Source: an uncultured Candidatus Binatia bacterium (GTDB lineage Bacteria; Desulfobacterota; Binatia; Bin18). From it: a DNA stretch of 64,000 nt. The stretch's first letter is position 1, and the number at the start of each line of letters is the position of its first letter. Below are positions 1 through 10,449 of this stretch, piece after piece. The DNA lies in NCBI GenBank assembly GCA_965214605.1, contig OZ243961.1, positions 1,056,001 to 1,120,000 on the forward strand, given 5' to 3'. Position numbers and translations under genes: made by a program. The notes under the pieces are model-generated. The model was not told the origin of the DNA, did no database searches, and saw nothing but the letters and a program-made list of their open reading frames with translations.

Positions 1-1163
1 CCAGCGTCAAGCCGGCGGTTGGCCTCCCGAATCGTCTCAAACACCACACCAAGTGCCCGAGGGGTATTACAGTCGTCATCCATGGCGTCCTGAAAGCGGC
101 TCAGGACCGGAGAGTCTGTGGACCGGTCCACGGTTCGCTTGCGGACCGCCTGTTCCCGTTCAGCATTCGGCCCGAGTGCCCCGTCGATACGAGCTAAGGT
201 TTGGTACACGCGGCGGAGACTCTTTGCGGCCTCCTCCATTTTTTGGTCTGAGAAGTCAAGCGGCATACGGTACTGGGTCGATAACAGCACCACCCGCAAC
301 ACCTCGGCCGCCTGCGATTCCAGTACCTGGCGAATGGTCAGAAAATTTCCCAGCGATTTCGACATCTTTTCGTGCTCAACGGTAACCATACCGTTGTGCA
401 GCCAATAGCGCGCAAAGGGACGGTCTTTTGCGCCCTCGGATTGAGCAATCTCGTTCTCGTGGTGCGGAAAGATGAGATCCGCCCCACCGCCATGAATATC
501 AAACGGCTGGCCCAGATAGCGACTACTCATGGCCGAACATTCAAGATGCCAGCCGGGCCGCCCTTTACCCCAGGGGCTGTCCCATTCTGGTTCGCCAGGC
601 TTGCTCGCCTTCCACAGGGCAAAATCCAGGGCGTGCCGTTTGCGCTCATCGACCTCAATTCGGGCACCGGCCAGCATATCGCCGAGCCGGCGATGCGAGA
701 GCTTGCCATAGGCGGCAAAGCGAGCAACCGCATAATACACATCGCCCCCAACCGCATAGGCCAGACCCTTGTTTTCTAAGTCTTGAATCAAACCGATCAT
801 GTCGGCAATATGCCGCGTGGCCCGGGGCTCCACGGTCGGAGACAAACAGCCCAGAGCCCGCATATCCTCCCCAAACTCACGAATATAGGCTTCGGAGAGC
901 TCCTGAGCCGAGATCCCACGCTCGTTGGCCCGGTTGATGATTTTGTCGTCAACATCGGTAAAGTTGCGCACAAAGCTGACGTTGTAGTCGAGAAAGCGCA
1001 GATAGCGGTAGATGACATCAAAGGCCACCAGCGCACGAGCATGTCCAATGTGTGAGCGGTCGTAGACCGTCACTCCGCACACATACATCCCGACTTTGCC
1101 GGGGGTCAGGGGAATGAACTCCTCGTCTCTGCCGGTGAGGGTGTTATGCAAACGAAGTGCCAT
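1..1163 (-). CDS. cysS: Cysteine--tRNA ligase (3' end runs off the window; not in ORF track)
   Basis: Manual translation from ATG at 1163: MALRLHNTLTGRDEEFIPLTPGKVGMYVCGVTVYDRSHIGHARA (HIGH motif); KMSKS encoded at ~355-370. Confidence 0.96.
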   Translation of the reverse strand, partial: MALRLHNTLTGRDEEFIPLTPGKVGMYVCGVTVYDRSHIGHARALVAFDVIYRYLRFLDYNVSFVRNFTDVDDKIINRANERGISAQELSEAYIREFGEDMRALGCLSPTVEPRATRHIADMIGLIQDLENKGLAYAVGGDVYYAVARFAAYGKLSHRRLGDMLAGARIEVDERKRHALDFALWKASKPGEPEWDSPWGKGRPGWHLECSAMSSRYLGQPFDIHGGGADLIFPHHENEIAQSEGAKDRPFARYWLHNGMVTVEHEKMSKSLGNFLTIRQVLESQAAEVLRVVLLSTQYRMPLDFSDQKMEEAAKSLRRVYQTLARIDGALGPNAEREQAVRKRTVDRSTDSPVLSRFQDAMDDDCNTPRALGVVFETIREANRRLDA

Positions 1164-1210
1164 GCTGATATAGCTCGGCGAGCGGGGAAATCCGCTCTGT
1201 CTAGGTGTTC

Positions 1211-3163
1211 CTACTGTCTGCCCACCACTAACTGATCGACCACCGACGGATCAGCCAGAGTGGAGGTATCCCCCAGTTGATCAATAGCCCCTTCCCCGAT
1301 CTTGCGCAGAATACGGCGCATAATCTTGCCGCTGCGCGTTTTGGGCAAGCTCTCGGCAAACTGGAGCTTGTCTGGACTGGCGTGAGGACCGATCTCTCGA
1401 CGGACGGTAGCAATCAGCTCTTTTGTCATGTCCGGGGAGGACTGCTGGCCGGTTTTGAGAGTCACAAAGGCATAGATGCCCTGGCCTTTCAGTTCATGGG
1501 GCATGCCAACCACCGCAGCCTCAGCCACAGCCGGATGTTTGCCCAGCGCACCTTCGACCTCAGCGGTCCCTAAACGGTGGCCTGATACATTGATTACATC
1601 GTCAACCCGGCCGGTAATCCAATAATCGCCGTCCTCGTCCCGGCGGCAGCCATCGCCGGTAAAGTATTTGCCTGGATACATGGAGAAATACGTTTGGCGA
1701 AACCGCTCATGATCACCGTATACCGTCCGCATAATGCCCGGCCAGGGAAACTTGAGGCAGAGATTGCCAGACACGCCGTTGCCCTCAAGCTCGTTGCCCT
1801 GATCATCGACCAGGCAGGGTTGAGCGCCAAAAAACGGCCGGGTGGCCGAGCCGGGTTTGGTCTTCGTCGCTCCGGGCAGGGGCGTGATCAGAATGCCGCC
1901 GGTTTCCGTCTGCCACCAGGTATCGACAATCGGGCAGCGCTCCTTGCCGATGGTCCGATAATACCAGTGCCACTCAGGACTTTTAATCGGTTCACCAACC
2001 GTGCCCAGGATACGTAAGCTGGACAGATCGTATGTTTCCGGCCAGCTATCGCCCTCTTTCATCAGTGCCCGCAGGGCGGTTGGGGCAGTATAAAAAATAT
2101 TGACCTTATGCTGCTCTACGATTTGCCAAAAGCGTCCAAAATCCGGATAGTTGGGCACCCCCTCAAACATGATCGTCGTGGCCCGATTGCTGAGCGGCCC
2201 ATAGACAATATAACTATGGCCGGTGACCCAGCCGATATCCGCGGTACACCAGTAGGTGTCGCCGGGACGGTAATCAAACACATATTTATGTGTAATCGAG
2301 GCGTAGACCAAATATCCCCCAGTGGTGTGTAATACCCCTTTGGGTTTGCCGGTCGAGCCGGAGGTATAAAGGATAAACAGCGGATCTTCAGCGTCCATGT
2401 GTTCGGGCAGACAATCCGTGGACTGCTCGGCCACCAACTCGTGCCACCACATGTCGCGTTCGGTCTGCATGGCCACCGGATGGCCGGTCCGTTGCACGAC
2501 CACAACTTTTTCAATCGAGGGGCAGTTGGCGACCGCTTCGTCAGCGTTGGCCTTCATCGGAATATCGTTCTTGGCCCCGCGTAAGCCGGTATCTTGGGTA
2601 ATCAAGATCTTACAGCTCGAGTCTTGGATACGATCCCGCAAAGCGTCCGGTGAAAAGGCGCCAAAAACGACCGAGTGTACCGCGCCGATACGGGTACAGG
2701 CCAACATGGCGACAGTCAGCTCGGGGATCATCTGCATATAAATACAAACACGGTCGCCTTTGTCGACTCCCAGGGTTTTCAGGGCATTGGCCAACTGACA
2801 TACCTGGTTTAGCAGTTCGGTATAGCTTAGCTGGCGCGATTCCGAAGCGTCATTGCCTTGCCAGATCAGCGCCGTCTGGCCACCGGCTCCGGCTTTGACG
2901 TGCCGGTCGAGGCAGTTGTAGGAGACATTCAGTTTTCCGCCCAGAAACCACTTGGTCTGGGCCGTATAAAAATCCCATTCCAGAACAGTGTCCCACTTTT
3001 TGAACCAGCTAACAAAGGTTTCCGCCTGTTCAGCCCAGAACCCCTCCGGGTCTTGTATCGAGCGTTGATACATCTGCTCGTAGGTGTCCGGGTCGATGGC
3101 AGCCTGTCCCTTAACCGCGGCAGGAATATCATAGATCCGTTCGCCGCTCTCGTATTCTGCCAT
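1211..3163 (-). CDS. acs: Acetyl-CoA synthetase (AMP-forming)
   Basis: [27 protein letters not shown] and [12 protein letters not shown] motifs; 650 aa. Confidence 0.97.
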   Translation of the reverse strand: MAEYESGERIYDIPAAVKGQAAIDPDTYEQMYQRSIQDPEGFWAEQAETFVSWFKKWDTVLEWDFYTAQTKWFLGGKLNVSYNCLDRHVKAGAGGQTALIWQGNDASESRQLSYTELLNQVCQLANALKTLGVDKGDRVCIYMQMIPELTVAMLACTRIGAVHSVVFGAFSPDALRDRIQDSSCKILITQDTGLRGAKNDIPMKANADEAVANCPSIEKVVVVQRTGHPVAMQTERDMWWHELVAEQSTDCLPEHMDAEDPLFILYTSGSTGKPKGVLHTTGGYLVYASITHKYVFDYRPGDTYWCTADIGWVTGHSYIVYGPLSNRATTIMFEGVPNYPDFGRFWQIVEQHKVNIFYTAPTALRALMKEGDSWPETYDLSSLRILGTVGEPIKSPEWHWYYRTIGKERCPIVDTWWQTETGGILITPLPGATKTKPGSATRPFFGAQPCLVDDQGNELEGNGVSGNLCLKFPWPGIMRTVYGDHERFRQTYFSMYPGKYFTGDGCRRDEDGDYWITGRVDDVINVSGHRLGTAEVEGALGKHPAVAEAAVVGMPHELKGQGIYAFVTLKTGQQSSPDMTKELIATVRREIGPHASPDKLQFAESLPKTRSGKIMRRILRKIGEGAIDQLGDTSTLADPSVVDQLVVGRQ

Positions 3164-3217
3164 ATCCCCCTCCTTAGTGTTCGGATGTATTTAGGAAACT
3201 CAACAAGGCTGCTGAGC

Positions 3218-4348
3218 CTACTCTTTACGGCCGATCGCCTCCATAAAACGCTCTTGGACAACCCCACAGGCCATGTTGTACAAGCCGTCGCGGTCGGCCG
3301 TTTGGGCCAGAAAGCCGAGGGGAATTTGGAACCCGCCTTTATCTCTGATATTCCCTCCACCATAGTAGCTCTTCTTATGCTCGTCCACGCCAAAGGCTTT
3401 CTTTAAGAACGTATCTGGGGTGATCGTATCGCTACGGGTACGCAGCGATCCGTCGACCGTTTTGCCATCAACAATACCAAAGACCAAGACTGTGTCGGTG
3501 CCATCGCGTTGCAGCAAAAATTCTGCTGCCTGCGGAATCCCGTCACGGTGCTCAGGACGTACGAAGCCCACATCCGTTAGGATCAGACTGTCAAAAACCT
3601 GCTTATTCTCCAGCGCCTTTTGGATCATATCCATCACCACCGGGGCTAAGGACCGGTCAGAAATCTTTTTGAGCAGAGCCTGATCGACACACGGCCACAG
3701 ATAGGCCGCGGCTTCAAACTCCAGACGCGTCGCCTCAAGCAGGGCCATGGTATCGGTTCGGATCCCGTGCATCAGGGCCGTGGCCAAACGGGTTTGATCC
3801 ATCTCATTCGGATTGAGGCCGTTCGGATACTGAGTGCGCAGGTATTCAACATAAATGGCGCAGGTCGAGCCCACATCCTCACGGACGTCGACAAAATCGG
3901 CCGAGACGTCGCCGAGTCGCTTATGATGGTCAACAAAGGACACGAAGGTTTTGCCAGTCAGGCGCTCTGAAATCGGCGTGTCCGTCTTTTGAGTATCGAC
4001 GAAAGCGTACAAATCGTAGGGTTCCAGATCAAACGTCTCATCGTACAAGACGAGATTGATTGCTAAGCGTTTGACCAGCGCCCGGTTTTCTTGGTGGCTG
4101 ACCTCGTGAAAACACAGCAGGGTGGTCTCAATCTCAAACTCGTTGGCCAGAAACTGATGGGCTACACCCGAGGCGATACTGTCAGGGTCGGGGTAACCGG
4201 TCAGGATCAAAAGCAGCTTACCGCCCTGGTGGCGACTTAAGATGGTACGGAACTGGGCCCATTTTGTACTGCCCGTCTCTCGCGGATCTATGATTCGCAA
4301 CGGGGGCTCTTCTAGGGGGGGTCTCACCGTTTTGGCTATATTGGCCAT
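3218..4348 (-). CDS. DHH-family phosphoesterase (NrnA/nanoRNase-pAp phosphatase-like)
   Basis: PDPDSIAS, FVDT, VDHH, GSTCAI, GIRTDT and DHHA1-like GSLRT...GGG motifs; AGGAGG upstream of ATG 4348. Confidence 0.85.
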   Translation of the reverse strand: MANIAKTVRPPLEEPPLRIIDPRETGSTKWAQFRTILSRHQGGKLLLILTGYPDPDSIASGVAHQFLANEFEIETTLLCFHEVSHQENRALVKRLAINLVLYDETFDLEPYDLYAFVDTQKTDTPISERLTGKTFVSFVDHHKRLGDVSADFVDVREDVGSTCAIYVEYLRTQYPNGLNPNEMDQTRLATALMHGIRTDTMALLEATRLEFEAAAYLWPCVDQALLKKISDRSLAPVVMDMIQKALENKQVFDSLILTDVGFVRPEHRDGIPQAAEFLLQRDGTDTVLVFGIVDGKTVDGSLRTRSDTITPDTFLKKAFGVDEHKKSYYGGGNIRDKGGFQIPLGFLAQTADRDGLYNMACGVVQERFMEAIGRKE

Positions 4349-4585
4349 AACACTCCTCCTCGGTAGTCTAGACCAACCGGACAAAATCAGCTGTCCTGTT
4401 AGCGCGCTTTGATAAGATATTCAAGCTACTCCTTGGCCACCGCTCTCGACAAGTGGCGTCTGGGCCGGCCCGCGAGTCGCTCCCTTGAGGAAAAGCAGGG
4501 CGTGTGCTAGGGGTTTCGCCGCTGCATACGGTCTGCCCCGCTCTCTGGCTGATCGATGGATAACAGCGACAGATAAGGAGCCTGG

Positions 4586-5359
4586 ATGTTCACCCCTATG
4601 GTGCGTGCCTGTGGACGTCTCTCACTGGAAACACTGCGTGAAATGGGCCGCATGGGTCTCTTTCTGAGTACCGCTCTAGGCCTTCTTTTTCTCCCTCCGT
4701 TGCGGATCAAGCAGCTGCTCCGCCGGCTCTATTTTATTGGTGCCCGCTCTCTGTTGCTGATTATTTTCACCGGCGCATTCACCGGCATGGTGATTGCCCT
4801 ACAGGGCTACATCGCGCTCCGTCGGTTTGGTGGCGAGGCCGCGCTCGGCCCGATGGTCGGCCTCGCACTGATTCTTGAACTTGGTCCGGTCCTGTCGTCT
4901 TTGATGATTACCGCACGAGCCGGCTCAGCCCTCACCGCTGAACTGGGCATTATGCGTATTACCGAACAAATTGACGCGCTTGAGGTAATGGCCATTCACC
5001 CCATTAAGTATCTGGTCGTTCCTATTCTTTTGGCCTCTCTGATCGCCTTTCCCGTGCTGAGCAGCATCTTTACCGTGGTGGGGATCTATGGCGGCTATGT
5101 GGTCGGCGTACAGCTGCTGGGGGTCAGCGTCGGTAGCTATTTCTCGCAGATGGCCAGCGCGGTAACCTCGCACGACGTATGGACCGGGATATATAAATCG
5201 TTCTCATTTGGGGCTATTGTGGCCTGGGTGTGCTGCTTCAAGGGATTTTATGCCGCACGCGGGGCTGAGGGAGTGAGTCTAGCCACGACCCAGGCCGTGG
5301 TGATGTGTTCTGTGCTCATCCTGGTCTGGGACTATCTTCTCGGCTCCCTGCTGTTTTGA
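4586..5359 (+). CDS. mlaE: MlaE-family phospholipid ABC transporter permease
   Basis: ELGPVL, ARAGSALTAELGIMRITEQIDALEVM, GAEGVSLATTQAVV. Confidence 0.93.
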   Translation: MFTPMVRACGRLSLETLREMGRMGLFLSTALGLLFLPPLRIKQLLRRLYFIGARSLLLIIFTGAFTGMVIALQGYIALRRFGGEAALGPMVGLALILELGPVLSSLMITARAGSALTAELGIMRITEQIDALEVMAIHPIKYLVVPILLASLIAFPVLSSIFTVVGIYGGYVVGVQLLGVSVGSYFSQMASAVTSHDVWTGIYKSFSFGAIVAWVCCFKGFYAARGAEGVSLATTQAVVMCSVLILVWDYLLGSLLF

Positions 5360-5378
5360 GCTGAGACACGCCTCCGCT

Positions 5379-6125
5379 ATGATTCGGATTCACAACCTGC
5401 ATAAGTCATTCGGCTCGCAGCACGTCTTACGGGGGGTCAATCTTGAGATTCCGACCGGGACGATTTTTGTCGTCGTGGGGAGCAGTGGGACGGGCAAGAG
5501 CTGTTTACTCAAGCACATTATCGGCTTGCTGCGACCGGACAGCGGACAAGTGTGGGTCGACGATGTCGAGGTCAGCACCCTGCGCGGCTGGGCTCTGAAC
5601 CGAGTGCGGGACCGTTTTAGCATGTTGTTTCAGGGCGGTGCCCTGTTTGACTCGCTATCGGTGTACGACAATGTGGCTTTTCCGTTGCGCGAAAAAACGC
5701 GCCTGACAGAAGCAATGATTGGCGACAAGGTGCATCAGCGGCTAGCCCAGGTTGGCCTGTCAGGCGTGGATGCAAAATTTCCGTCCGAGCTCTCGGGTGG
5801 TATGCTCAAGCGGGCCGCACTGGCCCGGGCACTGGTGACCGATCCCGAAATCGTCCTGTTTGACGAGCCGACCACTGGCCTTGATCCCATTCGCGTGAAC
5901 ACCATCCACCAACTCATTCTTGACTTACACAGCTTGCTCAACTTTACTGCGGTTGTGGTCAGCCACGAGATCCCGGAGGTCTTTTCACTGGCCACACATA
6001 TCGCTATGTTGAATCAGGGCTATGTCGTGGCGGCGGGCACTCCTGAAGAGCTACAAGCCTCGACCAACCCGGTCGTCCAACAGTTTATCAACGGTCGCGT
6101 ACAGGGACCGATTGAGGCAGAGTAG
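5379..6125 (+). CDS. mlaF: MlaF-family ABC ATP-binding protein
   Basis: Walker A GSSGTGKS, FQGGALFDSL, LSGGM signature, LFDEPTTGLDP; follows mlaE. Confidence 0.93.
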   Translation: MIRIHNLHKSFGSQHVLRGVNLEIPTGTIFVVVGSSGTGKSCLLKHIIGLLRPDSGQVWVDDVEVSTLRGWALNRVRDRFSMLFQGGALFDSLSVYDNVAFPLREKTRLTEAMIGDKVHQRLAQVGLSGVDAKFPSELSGGMLKRAALARALVTDPEIVLFDEPTTGLDPIRVNTIHQLILDLHSLLNFTAVVVSHEIPEVFSLATHIAMLNQGYVVAAGTPEELQASTNPVVQQFINGRVQGPIEAE

Positions 6126-6127
6126 CA

Positions 6128-6631
6128 ATGAATCTTGACGCCGAACTCCTGGTCGGGTGGCTAGTCGTGCTGGTAATAGGCGGTCTAGTCTATCTGTCTT
6201 TGCAGTTTGGCCAGGTCAGTTTTACCGGGACGCAGCACTACCGTGTCACGGCCGAGTTCTCCGACGCGGGCGGCTTGCAGAGCGGTGCGCGGGTCGAGGT
6301 GGCCGGAGTAAAAATCGGGCGGGTTGAGTCTGTAAATTTAACAGACACGCTGACAAAAGCCCGAGCAACGCTGCGCATCCAGCCAGATATTCGGCTGCCC
6401 CAGGACAGCCGAGCCGCGATTAAAACGGCTGGCCTGATCGGCGAGCGTTTTATTGACATTGAAATTGGACCGGCAGCCGAAATGCTCCATCCAGGTGGCC
6501 GGATTGAGCACACCGAGTCTCCGGTCGATATCCTTGATACCGTCGGCCAGGTCCTGTTTGGCAACCTCGACGCGACCGATCAGGCCGACAGCGCGGCGGC
6601 GGACGACATGTTTGATTTGAGTCTTGATTAA
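6128..6631 (+). CDS. mlaD: MlaD/MCE-domain protein
   Basis: N-terminal TM, GGLQSGARVEVAGVKIGRV, GLIGERFIDI. Confidence 0.92.
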   Translation: MNLDAELLVGWLVVLVIGGLVYLSLQFGQVSFTGTQHYRVTAEFSDAGGLQSGARVEVAGVKIGRVESVNLTDTLTKARATLRIQPDIRLPQDSRAAIKTAGLIGERFIDIEIGPAAEMLHPGGRIEHTESPVDILDTVGQVLFGNLDATDQADSAAADDMFDLSLD

Positions 6632-7409
6632 GGAAAAAATGCACCGTACCGTTATGCCTTACGCCAACAGTAACGCTATATTGAGGAGAGGTAGAGTGTC
6701 CGTCGCCTTCATCACCGTTACGTTCCTTATCGGGGTGTTGAGCTTTGGCCCTTCTGTGGCCTTTGCCCAAGCCCAAAATCCCTATGAAGCCCAGACACCC
6801 TACGACCCATGGGAGTCGTTTAACCAACCCCTGTTCACCTTCAACCTGAAGCTCGACGAATATGTCTTGCGACCGGTAGCGACCGGCTATCACGAAGTAG
6901 TTCCAGAGCCGGGCCAACGCGGTATTGATCGTTTCTTCAAAAATCTGGGTGTTCTGCCCCGTTTTATCAACAGTTTACTCCAGGGAAAAATCGGCGGGGC
7001 TAGCCGCGAAGTCGGTCGTTTCGCGGTCAATACAACTCTCGGTGGGATAGGCGTGTTTGATGTTGCCGACACTGTGTTTGGCTGGCGGGCGAGTGAGGAA
7101 GACTTCGGCCAGACGCTGGGCCACTATGGTGTTTCGTCCGGACCGTATCTGGTGTTGCCCTTCTACGGTCCTTCGACGGTTCGCGACGCCTTTGGTTTTG
7201 CCGTTGATAGCGCAATGAACCCGATGAACTATCTGCTGTCATTCCTGGAGGTTTTCGCCATCCAGAGTGGCCGGACCGTCGGCAACACAGTCAATTTTCG
7301 TTCACTCAACCTGGATCTCTTTGAACAGGCCGAGCTGGTCTCGGTTGATCTGTACGGGGCGGTTCAGGATGGCTACCTGCAGCGGCGGGCCAACGCGATC
7401 AAGGAATAA
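6624..7409 (+). CDS. mlaA: MlaA/VacJ-family protein (start uncertain)
   Basis: DPWESFN, RFAVNTTLGGIGVFDVA, EDFGQTLGHYG, GPYLVLPFYGPSTVRD. Confidence 0.92.
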   Translation: MIKEKMHRTVMPYANSNAILRRGRVSVAFITVTFLIGVLSFGPSVAFAQAQNPYEAQTPYDPWESFNQPLFTFNLKLDEYVLRPVATGYHEVVPEPGQRGIDRFFKNLGVLPRFINSLLQGKIGGASREVGRFAVNTTLGGIGVFDVADTVFGWRASEEDFGQTLGHYGVSSGPYLVLPFYGPSTVRDAFGFAVDSAMNPMNYLLSFLEVFAIQSGRTVGNTVNFRSLNLDLFEQAELVSVDLYGAVQDGYLQRRANAIKE

Positions 7410-7414
7410 GAGAG

Positions 7415-8065
7415 ATGGAGAGCGAGAGGGGTTGTGTGAACGCGTTGGGGAGAACACTTGGCACGCTTATCGGTATTGGATTCCTATCTCTGGCTCCTAA
7501 CCTAGCCTCAGCCACAGCCTCACCCCTGAACGTCATACAGACAACGATGCAGAAGATTGTTATCATTCTCCAAGATCCAGTCTATCAGGATCCAGGGCAG
7601 AGCGAGGAACGCATCAGAAAAGTCCGTGAGATTGCCCTACCACAGTTTGATTCTCGGGAAATTGCCAAACGAACCTTGGGGATTCACTGGCGTGACCGGA
7701 CAGAGGAACAGCGAGAAGAATTTATCGAGCTTTTTATAAACCTCGTTGAAAAAACCTACAGCAGTACTTTGGATGATTATCACGAAGATACCGAATTTTT
7801 TTTCGATCGCGAGCACATTGACGGTACGTATGCTGAGGTTGATTCTCGGATTACGGTTCCCTCGCTCAACAGAACCTTCTCTTTAAACTACCGTTTGCAC
7901 TTGGTCGAAGGGCAGTGGTTAATCTATGATGTGATGATCGAAAATGTCAGCATGGTTCGTAACTATCGGACCCAATTTAACCGGATTATCAATAAATCCT
8001 CATACGAAAACCTAGTCCAGAGAATCCGTACCAAGCTGAAACAACTCGCCGCGTCGTCCTCATAG
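7415..8065 (+). CDS. mlaC: MlaC/Ttg2D periplasmic phospholipid-binding protein
   Basis: Signal-like N-terminus; WLIYDVMIENVSMVRNYRTQF motif. Confidence 0.9.
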   Translation: MESERGCVNALGRTLGTLIGIGFLSLAPNLASATASPLNVIQTTMQKIVIILQDPVYQDPGQSEERIRKVREIALPQFDSREIAKRTLGIHWRDRTEEQREEFIELFINLVEKTYSSTLDDYHEDTEFFFDREHIDGTYAEVDSRITVPSLNRTFSLNYRLHLVEGQWLIYDVMIENVSMVRNYRTQFNRIINKSSYENLVQRIRTKLKQLAASSS

Positions 8066-8116
8066 CCTCCTCCCCTCTTTTCTCAGCCCCAGTGTCTTCG
8101 GCTGCACGCATCGTCC

Positions 8117-8842
8117 TCAGTCGATTTGACACGGGCGTCGGCCCAAGGCTTCCAACAGCAGATGGGGAAAATCGACGGTCATACCGTCCACCCCGGCCGC
8201 AATCGCGGCTTGCATCAGCTCAGGGTCACGCACCCCCCAAGCCCGGATGTCCAACCCCAAGTCTTGCCAGGCACGGACCTGATCCGACGAGATGGCCTTG
8301 GCCGGAGGACAAAACTGGTCAAGTCCGGCCGCAACCACCCGCCCGACAGTCTGTTCCTGCACGTCAGAGGCCAGAAATCCAACCTTGGCCTCTGGATCCA
8401 GAATTTTGAGATTCTGCACGACCGGAAAATAGAACGAGGTAAAAGCGACCGAGTCTAGCAAACCATGTTCCCGGACCAGCTCCAGAACACGGACCTCAAG
8501 GTCAAGCTGTTTTATCTCAATGATCAGCGGAATCCGTTTGCCGTAGCGGACTAAGGTCTCGCCAAACAGCGGCACCCGGACACCACTAAACTCAGTGCTA
8601 AACCACGCCCCAGCATCCAGATTTTTGATCACCGACCATGGCGTCTCCCGCACATAACCCTGACCATTGGTGGTCCGGGCCAGCCGTTCATCGTGGAGAA
8701 GGATCAATATTCCGTCGCTAGTCGCCCGCACATCAGTTTCAATCGCGTCAACCCCCAAAGAGACTGCCAAGTCAAAACTGGCCCAGGTATTTTCGGGTGC
8801 CAAAGCCGCTGCCCCCCGATGTCCGATCACCTGCATGGCCAT
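8117..8842 (-). CDS. Glycerophosphodiester phosphodiesterase family protein
   Basis: IGHRGAAALAPENT, ETDV, HDERLARTT, IEIK. Confidence 0.92.
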   Translation of the reverse strand: MAMQVIGHRGAAALAPENTWASFDLAVSLGVDAIETDVRATSDGILILLHDERLARTTNGQGYVRETPWSVIKNLDAGAWFSTEFSGVRVPLFGETLVRYGKRIPLIIEIKQLDLEVRVLELVREHGLLDSVAFTSFYFPVVQNLKILDPEAKVGFLASDVQEQTVGRVVAAGLDQFCPPAKAISSDQVRAWQDLGLDIRAWGVRDPELMQAAIAAGVDGMTVDFPHLLLEALGRRPCQID

Positions 8843-8973
8843 AGCTGTACCAGATCTAAGCCGCTCTCGCTATGATGGACCGGGCCTACTAGACTACACC
8901 ACGGCTTGCCAGCCCACTGGTCGGGGGGTAGGCTAGCACCCGTGTCGGAAACAAATGGAGCCGAACTGAGACA

Positions 8974-9909
8974 ATGAAAAAGCGCTGGTTCACAAGCTTT
9001 TTGGGGGGGATATTCGGTCTTTTGGTGCTGGGCTTGGCGGTCTCCTACCTGTTCCCTGGATTAGTCCTGACTCTAGCCCTTCGGGCGGCTCGGACAGCGG
9101 CTAGCCTGGAAGAGCAAACGATACGGGTCGCCGAGCACCGAATTCAGTATCTGTCCGGAGGAACCGGAGAAACGCTATTGCTGCTGCACGGCTTTGCCGC
9201 CAACAAAGACAATTGGACGCGCGTTGCCGCCTATCTGACTCCCCATTTTCGTGTCGTGGCACCAGACCTACCAGGCTTTGGCGAAAGTAGTCGAGACGCC
9301 CAAGCTCGCTATGGGATAAGCGATCAGGTTGAACGGCTGCACGCTTTCGCCCGCGCTCTGAATCTGGACCAGTTTCATCTTGGTGGCAATTCGATGGGCG
9401 GTATGATTGCTGGTACCTATGCCGCGCGCTATCCACACCAGGTGCAAAGCCTGTGGTTGTTGGCTCCGGCTGGCGTCGCCTCGGCTCAAACCAGCGAACT
9501 GGCCCAACGCCTGGCTCAGGGCGAAAACCCTCTGCTCATCAGTACCCCTGACGACTTCGACGAATTGCTCGACTTTGTCGCTGTGCAACGACCCGAACTC
9601 CCCGGCCCTATCAAGCGCTATCTGGCAGATCTGGCCATTACCCAACGCGATTTTAACGCCAAGATTGTCCGTGATATGGCAGAAACTCCGCTCTCCTTAG
9701 AGCTCCTCTTAAAAGATCATCCAGCCCCAGCGCTGATCGTATGGGGAGATCAAGATCGTCTCTTGCACGTTTCAGGAGCAGCAATACTAACAGCCCTGAT
9801 GCCGAACGCCGAAGCAGTGGTTATGGCTCACACCGGCCATATCCCCATGATAGAGCGGCCACAGGAAACTGCCGAACGTTTTCTGCGCTTTCAGCACGTT
9901 GACTTCTGA
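8974..9909 (+). CDS. Membrane-anchored alpha/beta hydrolase (lipase/esterase)
   Basis: N-terminal TM, LLHGF, GNSMGG nucleophile elbow, WGDQD, GHIPMIE. Confidence 0.88.
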   Translation: MKKRWFTSFLGGIFGLLVLGLAVSYLFPGLVLTLALRAARTAASLEEQTIRVAEHRIQYLSGGTGETLLLLHGFAANKDNWTRVAAYLTPHFRVVAPDLPGFGESSRDAQARYGISDQVERLHAFARALNLDQFHLGGNSMGGMIAGTYAARYPHQVQSLWLLAPAGVASAQTSELAQRLAQGENPLLISTPDDFDELLDFVAVQRPELPGPIKRYLADLAITQRDFNAKIVRDMAETPLSLELLLKDHPAPALIVWGDQDRLLHVSGAAILTALMPNAEAVVMAHTGHIPMIERPQETAERFLRFQHVDF

Positions 9910-9919
9910 GCCGACAGCC

Positions 9920-10432
9920 TCAGTCTCTGGCCGCCTGTCTCTCACACTCCGACAAGAAGACAAAGCCCAGCCCGAGCAGCAGGTTAGCTTGGACCAGTCG
10001 GGTATACCAGTTGTGTAAGCGGGTAAATTCATCCCGAAAAGCTTGTTTTGTTGGGTCAAAATTCTCAAAATCTTGGATCTCAACCACCCGCAGGTGTTCC
10101 AGACGGTCGGCAATCAGGAGGGCGTATATCAGCAGCCCGACCAGCATCAGCAGCCATATTCCGGTCTTGCACATCCGCAGCCGGGTCCGCTCCGCCGCGG
10201 ACAACAAAAAGTACAGCGTACCAAGTCCCATGCAGGCGGCGGCTATACCTTCCAAGCGGTTGAGTTTGGCGAGAATGACAGCGTTGATATTTCCTGCTAC
10301 GTTGATGCTCGGTGCCTCTTGGAAAACGCTTCCGGCCACTGCAAAACCGAACGTCACCAAGGCCCCAACCCAGACCGCAGCTCCAAGATTTTCAATAAAG
10401 AAAAACACCGTATATGCAGCGCGTTTGCCCAT
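9920..10432 (-). CDS. DUF4149/TMEM205-like 4-TM membrane protein
   Basis: Four hydrophobic segments, WVG..F.FAVA..VF and EFTRLH motif. Confidence 0.7.
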   Translation of the reverse strand: MGKRAAYTVFFFIENLGAAVWVGALVTFGFAVAGSVFQEAPSINVAGNINAVILAKLNRLEGIAAACMGLGTLYFLLSAAERTRLRMCKTGIWLLMLVGLLIYALLIADRLEHLRVVEIQDFENFDPTKQAFRDEFTRLHNWYTRLVQANLLLGLGFVFLSECERQAARD

Positions 10433-10449
10433 ACCTTATCCCCCATGTC

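Noticed and set aside
53-1055. Short ORFs listed in the track at the window start
   Set aside because: All are shadows of cysS, which the track misses because it runs off the edge.
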